A stretch of 31,864 bases of DNA from Candidatus Zixiibacteriota bacterium (GTDB lineage Bacteria; Zixibacteria; MSB-5A5; GN15; FEB-12). The stretch is taken from contig JBGSIV010000303.1 of the NCBI GenBank assembly GCA_041742355.1, positions 1-31,864 on the forward strand. The letters are read 5' to 3'. The notes below the pieces were generated by a model. The model made no database searches. It was not told the DNA's origin and saw only the letters and a list, made by a program, of their open reading frames with translations. A program made the translations under genes and the position numbers. This document shows positions 26,090 to 31,864 of this stretch, piece by piece; position 1 is the stretch's first letter; each line of letters begins with the position of its first letter.

Positions 26090-26275
26090 CTAATCCACTA
26101 CCGACATGATCGCACCGATCACCGCCCCCGATATCGTGGTGACATACGGGTTGCACATGATCTGTCAGGTTGAGCCGAGCCCGGCGTACACCAGAGAGAG
26201 CGCAAACCCGGCCACGCCGCCGATCAGGGTGAACAGCACCGGCTTAGTTTTCAGCAGCCGTTTCACTCGTTCCAT
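26090..26275 (-). CDS. DUF6132-like two-helix membrane protein with in-frame UGA (candidate selenoprotein, 61 aa)
   Basis: MERVKRLLKTKPVLFTLIGGVAGFALSLVYAGLGST-U-QIMCNPYVTTISGAVIGAIMSVVD; UGA at 26167-26165, TAG at 26092-26090; absent from ORF track. Confidence 0.7.
26117..26162 (-). promoter_or_regulatory. Candidate SECIS hairpin in the DUF6132-like gene
   Basis: Hand-folded long stem (GAUCAU/GUGAUC, UGC/GCG, CCCG/CGGG, UAU/AUA) with loop starting GU at +22. Confidence 0.45.
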
Positions 26276-26342
26276 AGTACGCCCTGTAACATCCGGCCCG
26301 GACGGTTCGTTCGTCCTGTTTCAGTACATCCGCTGTTCGGAT

Positions 26343-26756
26343 TCAGACCGATTTCTCCATCACGCTGCGCAGCGTCTTCTCGACATCAGCCGCCAGTTCG
26401 TCCAGGCCTACCCCCGGCATCATCTGGGAGATCATCGATGGCCGGCCGAGCGTGACCACCGTCCGGCCGTTTTCGGTGTGCACGGCGAAGCGGCACGGCA
26501 TGAACAGCGCCACGTGCATGTCTTTCCGGAGCGCCTGGTGGGCGAAGCCGGCGTTGCAGATTTCTATGATCTTTACCGGATCGCGTTGGAAACCCTTCTC
26601 GGCCAGCGTCGCCTGTACGTCGTGGACGTGCAGCACGCGGAACTTGTGCTCGGCTGTCTGCCGCTCCAGGTTCGCAACGACTTCGTCAAACGGTTTGCTC
26701 GATTCGAGGCGATAGGCGAAGGCTGCCATCATGTCTGTTGTTGTTCTTTGGGTCAT
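26343..26756 (-). CDS. DUF302 domain protein
   Basis: FRVLHVHDVQATLAEKG, KIIEICN...A..AL, ALFMPCRFAV; ATG 26756 after GAGGAG. Confidence 0.9.
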   Translation of the reverse strand: MTQRTTTDMMAAFAYRLESSKPFDEVVANLERQTAEHKFRVLHVHDVQATLAEKGFQRDPVKIIEICNAGFAHQALRKDMHVALFMPCRFAVHTENGRTVVTLGRPSMISQMMPGVGLDELAADVEKTLRSVMEKSV

Positions 26757-26831
26757 GGTCTCCTCAATTATAGAGTCAACATCCCGTCTATTCTTTTGGA
26801 TCAAGTACCGGCGGGAATGATTCAGAGGAAA

Positions 26832-27260
26832 TCAGTCGTCGATAATCTCGATGCTGGTCGAGATACTGGTTTCGCGGCGAACAGTCTGGCTGACCGAGCA
26901 GTACTTGCTCTCCGACAGCTCCACCGCCTGCTGCAGCTTCACAGGGTCGAGCGCATGGCCGTAGAATCTGTAGCGTATCTTTATGTTCTGGAATGGCTTG
27001 GGGTAATCATCCGGTTGCTCGGCGGAAACCTCGATTTCCAGCCCCGTCAGTTCCTGTCGCTGTTTCTGCAAAATGCGCACGACATCGACCCCCGTGCAGG
27101 AGGCTATTCCCCAGAAGAGCAGTTCGGTCGGCCTCGGCCCGGCTTCGTCGCCCCCTGCCTTGGCTGAGATGTCGGTCGTCAGCGTATGGCCAAACAGGCT
27201 ATTTCCCTCGAACTGCATTCCGCCTTTCCACCGCATACTGGCTGTCATGGCTGTCGGCAT
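26832..27260 (-). CDS. OsmC/YhfA family protein
   Basis: GPRPTELL..GIASCTGVDV..IL.KQRQ, AVELSESKYCSVS; ATG 27260 after GAGGAG. Confidence 0.92.
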   Translation of the reverse strand: MPTAMTASMRWKGGMQFEGNSLFGHTLTTDISAKAGGDEAGPRPTELLFWGIASCTGVDVVRILQKQRQELTGLEIEVSAEQPDDYPKPFQNIKIRYRFYGHALDPVKLQQAVELSESKYCSVSQTVRRETSISTSIEIIDD

Positions 27261-27368
27261 GATGTATCTCTCCTCAACTTCGAATTCTCTCAACTATACG
27301 GTGGTTAGATGGAGTTGGCCACCGGAATGATTCAGCGGGAATGGCGCGATACGGCCGAGCAACGGCGA

Positions 27369-29423
<2,055 letters not shown>

Positions 29424-29627
29424 TCTGATCCCTTTCTGCTCCTCCGTCGGACATTTATGGATAACATACGCGGTCGTACCCAAGCATAACGCCTGGGAAC
29501 CGCACGGGGCAACGAAAGAAAACGCCGCCCCCAAGTGGCTGCTGCCATTTGCCTACTCAACACAGGGGTACTTAGAGGGGTTCCGGAACCGTCGCTGATG
29601 CCTGTCAGGCGGCGACAGATTTACGGA

Positions 29628-31688
29628 TCACGGGGCCGTCCGCGGTGCGAGGAGGAAGGAGTAACTCCGCAGCATACGGTCATATTCTGGTCGCCCTCGC
29701 CCGTGCTGACGATACAGGTCGTAGTGCCGTCTTGCCGTGAGGGTATCCCCGGCTTTCGATGCGGCAATGAGTTTGATCAGATGTCCTCCCGCCGCCGAGC
29801 CTTGGCCCGCCAGGATGGTGTCGGCCACCGCAGTCGCCGAATCGGTGTGCCCCAGCGCAATGTACATCGCCCCGAGATCGTCAAGTATCTCCACCGATTG
29901 CGGAGCAAGCCGCCGCGCCCGTCGGAGCATATCCACGGCCGATGTGAAGTCCCCTTCGCGCATCGACAGCTGCGCCAGCGATCGCAGAACCGGCGGGAAA
30001 TCGGGTTTGATCCGGAGGGCGCGGTGAAGAGCCCGGCGTGCCAGCGCAGTATCTCCTCGGCCTGCGGCAACATCACCCTGGAGTTGGAGGAACTCTGCGT
30101 GGTCGGGGTCCTCAAGGACCAAATTCCCGGCGATGGCCGCTGCCGTTTGAAGGTCATTGCGGAACAAGCACGCCCACCCCTCGGCCAACCGGCGGTGCCG
30201 GGGGAGCACACGCATAATTTCCTCTGACACGGCCTTTGCCTCTGTCGCTTGCCCCTCTTGGGCCAGATAGTCCCGGAAGATCTTCCATCCCGCGTAGTCC
30301 TTGCCGCCATAGTATCTCAGCAGCGCCAGTTGCCTGTCCTCGGCCGCCTGGGACGAGCTGTAGACGGCGGCGTACAGAGTACCGTTGCTGACGGCGACCA
30401 CGGCAAGGAGCAGAACGACCCGCCCGGAAAGATGCATTCCGTGCCGATCAAAGGAGACGAGCAGCCACAGCATGGGGGGAACCACCGTGAATGACAGCAG
30501 GTCCCAATCGCGGGCCATGCCGAGGACGGGATCGACGAGCGCTAGAAACGCGGCTCCCCCGAAGGTACCCGGTGCGAAGAAGACACTCAGCTTGGTAGCG
30601 GATGCTCGAGCTCTGCATACCGCGCGCCCCACGGCAATGGCCGCAAGGCCGGGAAAAAGGAGGAAGACGAGGTTGACTATATCGAGCAGGTGCTTGGGTG
30701 AAAGCGCGGCATATTCAGGCGATGACGATCGGCCTGTCAGGAGGGGCAGGAAGATCAGCGCGAGGCTGTCATCGCGCTCCAGAAGCCAGAAGTATCCGGC
30801 CGATACTGCAATGGCTCCCAAGGCCGCGGCGACGACGAGTATCATGCGCAGCCGGCGGCCCGAGAGACCCGGCAGCAATCGTGCCGCTGCCAGCCACAGC
30901 GCTGTTCCGACAAGCCAGAGGGCCTGCAGGTGGATCGCCACGGCGATGAGGTAAAAGAAGAGGGCGGCGAGAAGCTCAATGAGCCTGCCCCCCCGCAAAG
31001 CGCGGACCGCCCAGTAGACATACAGGATCAGCGCGGCCCAAAGGAGCGGGTAGAACTCAACATACCCGAAATAGAGCAGCGTGCCGCCGGAGAAGAGCAG
31101 CGCCACGGCGGCGACACATTGGTTCGCGGGGTGAACGACCAGCCGCCGCACCAATGCCACCACGGTTACGACGACTGCCGCACCCGAAAGAACCGACAGG
31201 TATTGGAAGGAAAGCAAGGCGGTTTGGTGGGAGAAGCCGCCCAGGGCGGCCTGCAGGCCGCGGACAAGCGCGGAAGAAGCCGGCTCGGTCCACTTGTGAA
31301 CATACTCGTTAGCAGTCGAAAAGTTGCCCAGCAGTGTGTATCCGTCGCCCAAAAACGAGTTCGGCAATCTCATTATGTAGAAGAAGGCAGCCGTACCGAC
31401 TGCCAGCAAGACGTAGCGCCATCCCGTGCAATGCGCGATCAGAGAACTGCCGCCTCCGACGATTCGCTCGCACGTGGCTCGGGGCAGCAACAGCGAGGCC
31501 GCAACCGCCGAAACCAGAACTAACCCCAGCGAAATTCTGGTGCTCGGTGAAAGAAAACGGAGGTGATTGACGCCCCAGACCAGATTCGATTCAGTCCAGC
31601 CGGCAAGGAGCATGGCGAGTGCGGTGATGGTGGCGGTGACCGCAACGGTTCGGTCGATCACCATGGGAACGGTTTGCTCTTCGTGCAC
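29628..31688 (-). CDS. Polytopic membrane protein with C-terminal TPR domain (possible GT-C-like glycosyltransferase architecture)
   Basis: Many TM segments with loop motifs FLGDG, FGYVEFY, RDWDL, then TPR-like repeats; start uncertain (GTG 31688 or ATG 31664). Confidence 0.7.
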   Translation of the reverse strand: MHEEQTVPMVIDRTVAVTATITALAMLLAGWTESNLVWGVNHLRFLSPSTRISLGLVLVSAVAASLLLPRATCERIVGGGSSLIAHCTGWRYVLLAVGTAAFFYIMRLPNSFLGDGYTLLGNFSTANEYVHKWTEPASSALVRGLQAALGGFSHQTALLSFQYLSVLSGAAVVVTVVALVRRLVVHPANQCVAAVALLFSGGTLLYFGYVEFYPLLWAALILYVYWAVRALRGGRLIELLAALFFYLIAVAIHLQALWLVGTALWLAAARLLPGLSGRRLRMILVVAAALGAIAVSAGYFWLLERDDSLALIFLPLLTGRSSSPEYAALSPKHLLDIVNLVFLLFPGLAAIAVGRAVCRARASATKLSVFFAPGTFGGAAFLALVDPVLGMARDWDLLSFTVVPPMLWLLVSFDRHGMHLSGRVVLLLAVVAVSNGTLYAAVYSSSQAAEDRQLALLRYYGGKDYAGWKIFRDYLAQEGQATEAKAVSEEIMRVLPRHRRLAEGWACLFRNDLQTAAAIAGNLVLEDPDHAEFLQLQGDVAAGRGDTALARRALHRALRIKPDFPPVLRSLAQLSMREGDFTSAVDMLRRARRLAPQSVEILDDLGAMYIALGHTDSATAVADTILAGQGSAAGGHLIKLIAASKAGDTLTARRHYDLYRQHGRGRPEYDRMLRSYSFLLAPRTAP

Positions 31689-31800
31689 AGCCCGGTATTC
31701 CTTTCGCGATTCCGAGGAACCGCCAGATAACTACCCCTTATGAACGATCACAGCAGAACGATTCGGCATGACATGCCTCTGCGGTACGCCGTGACACTAC

Positions 31801-31863
31801 TCAATCGATCCCGAGCACCGGGGACACGAACGACGACAACTGCACCCGTACGAACGGGGCCGT
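31801..31863 (-). CDS. 3' end of an upstream CDS (partial)
   Basis: Open frame TAPFVRVQLSSFVSPVLGID ending TGA at 31803-31801, GC-rich third positions. Confidence 0.35.
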   Translation of the reverse strand, partial: TAPFVRVQLSSFVSPVLGID

Positions 31864-31864
31864 G

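Noticed and set aside
25774..26109. + strand 111-aa ORF preceded by AAGGAGG
   Set aside because: Antisense to the FmdB gene and not protein-like; the SD-like word may instead matter on the - strand
26165..26167. UGA reassignment (genetic code 4 or 25) as the explanation for in-frame TGA
   Set aside because: Many clear genes here end at TGA at their expected family length (yigZ, macro domain, rex, OsmC), and no long gene is interrupted by TGA
26286..26313. Second TGTAAC-17-CGTTC ECF-like motif
   Set aside because: Points antisense into DUF302 with no gene to drive; probably chance

Overview
GC-rich bacterial chromosomal window from a diderm organism. Gene style is compatible with an FCB/Zixibacteria-like lineage, but that is inference. 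No transposase, integrase, CRISPR array, rRNA or tRNA was recognised. Contents in order: (1) a + strand operon dprA-like, yigZ, pfkB-family kinase, PAP2 phosphatase, macro domain; (2) a - strand block with a serine-synthesis operon (DUF1015-serA-serC, preceded by a Rex-type operator), then serine palmitoyltransferase-like and bacterial ceramide-synthase-like GNAT genes (candidate sphingolipid pathway) and a lipoprotein; (3) a ~1.2 kb gap holding a 57-aa zinc-finger/acidic-tail ORF absent from the ORF track, bracketed by an 18-bp inverted repeat; (4) greA; (5) a TPP riboswitch leading a TonB-dependent receptor plus Na+:solute symporter; (6) arsM, a secreted protein, an ICMT-family methyltransferase and a TPR protein; (7) a pentaheme cytochrome plus heme-motif porin pair downstream of an apparently autoregulated rex; (8) alr, an atypical globin and a ferritin-like protein; (9) a redox run YyaL-OsmC-DUF302 followed by two tiny genes, each with an in-frame UGA and a hairpin whose loop G lies 22 nt downstream. 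These two are candidate selenoproteins: a DUF6132-like two-helix membrane protein missing from the ORF track, and an FmdB zinc ribbon ending ...FR-U-G. Several genes appear to be leaderless.
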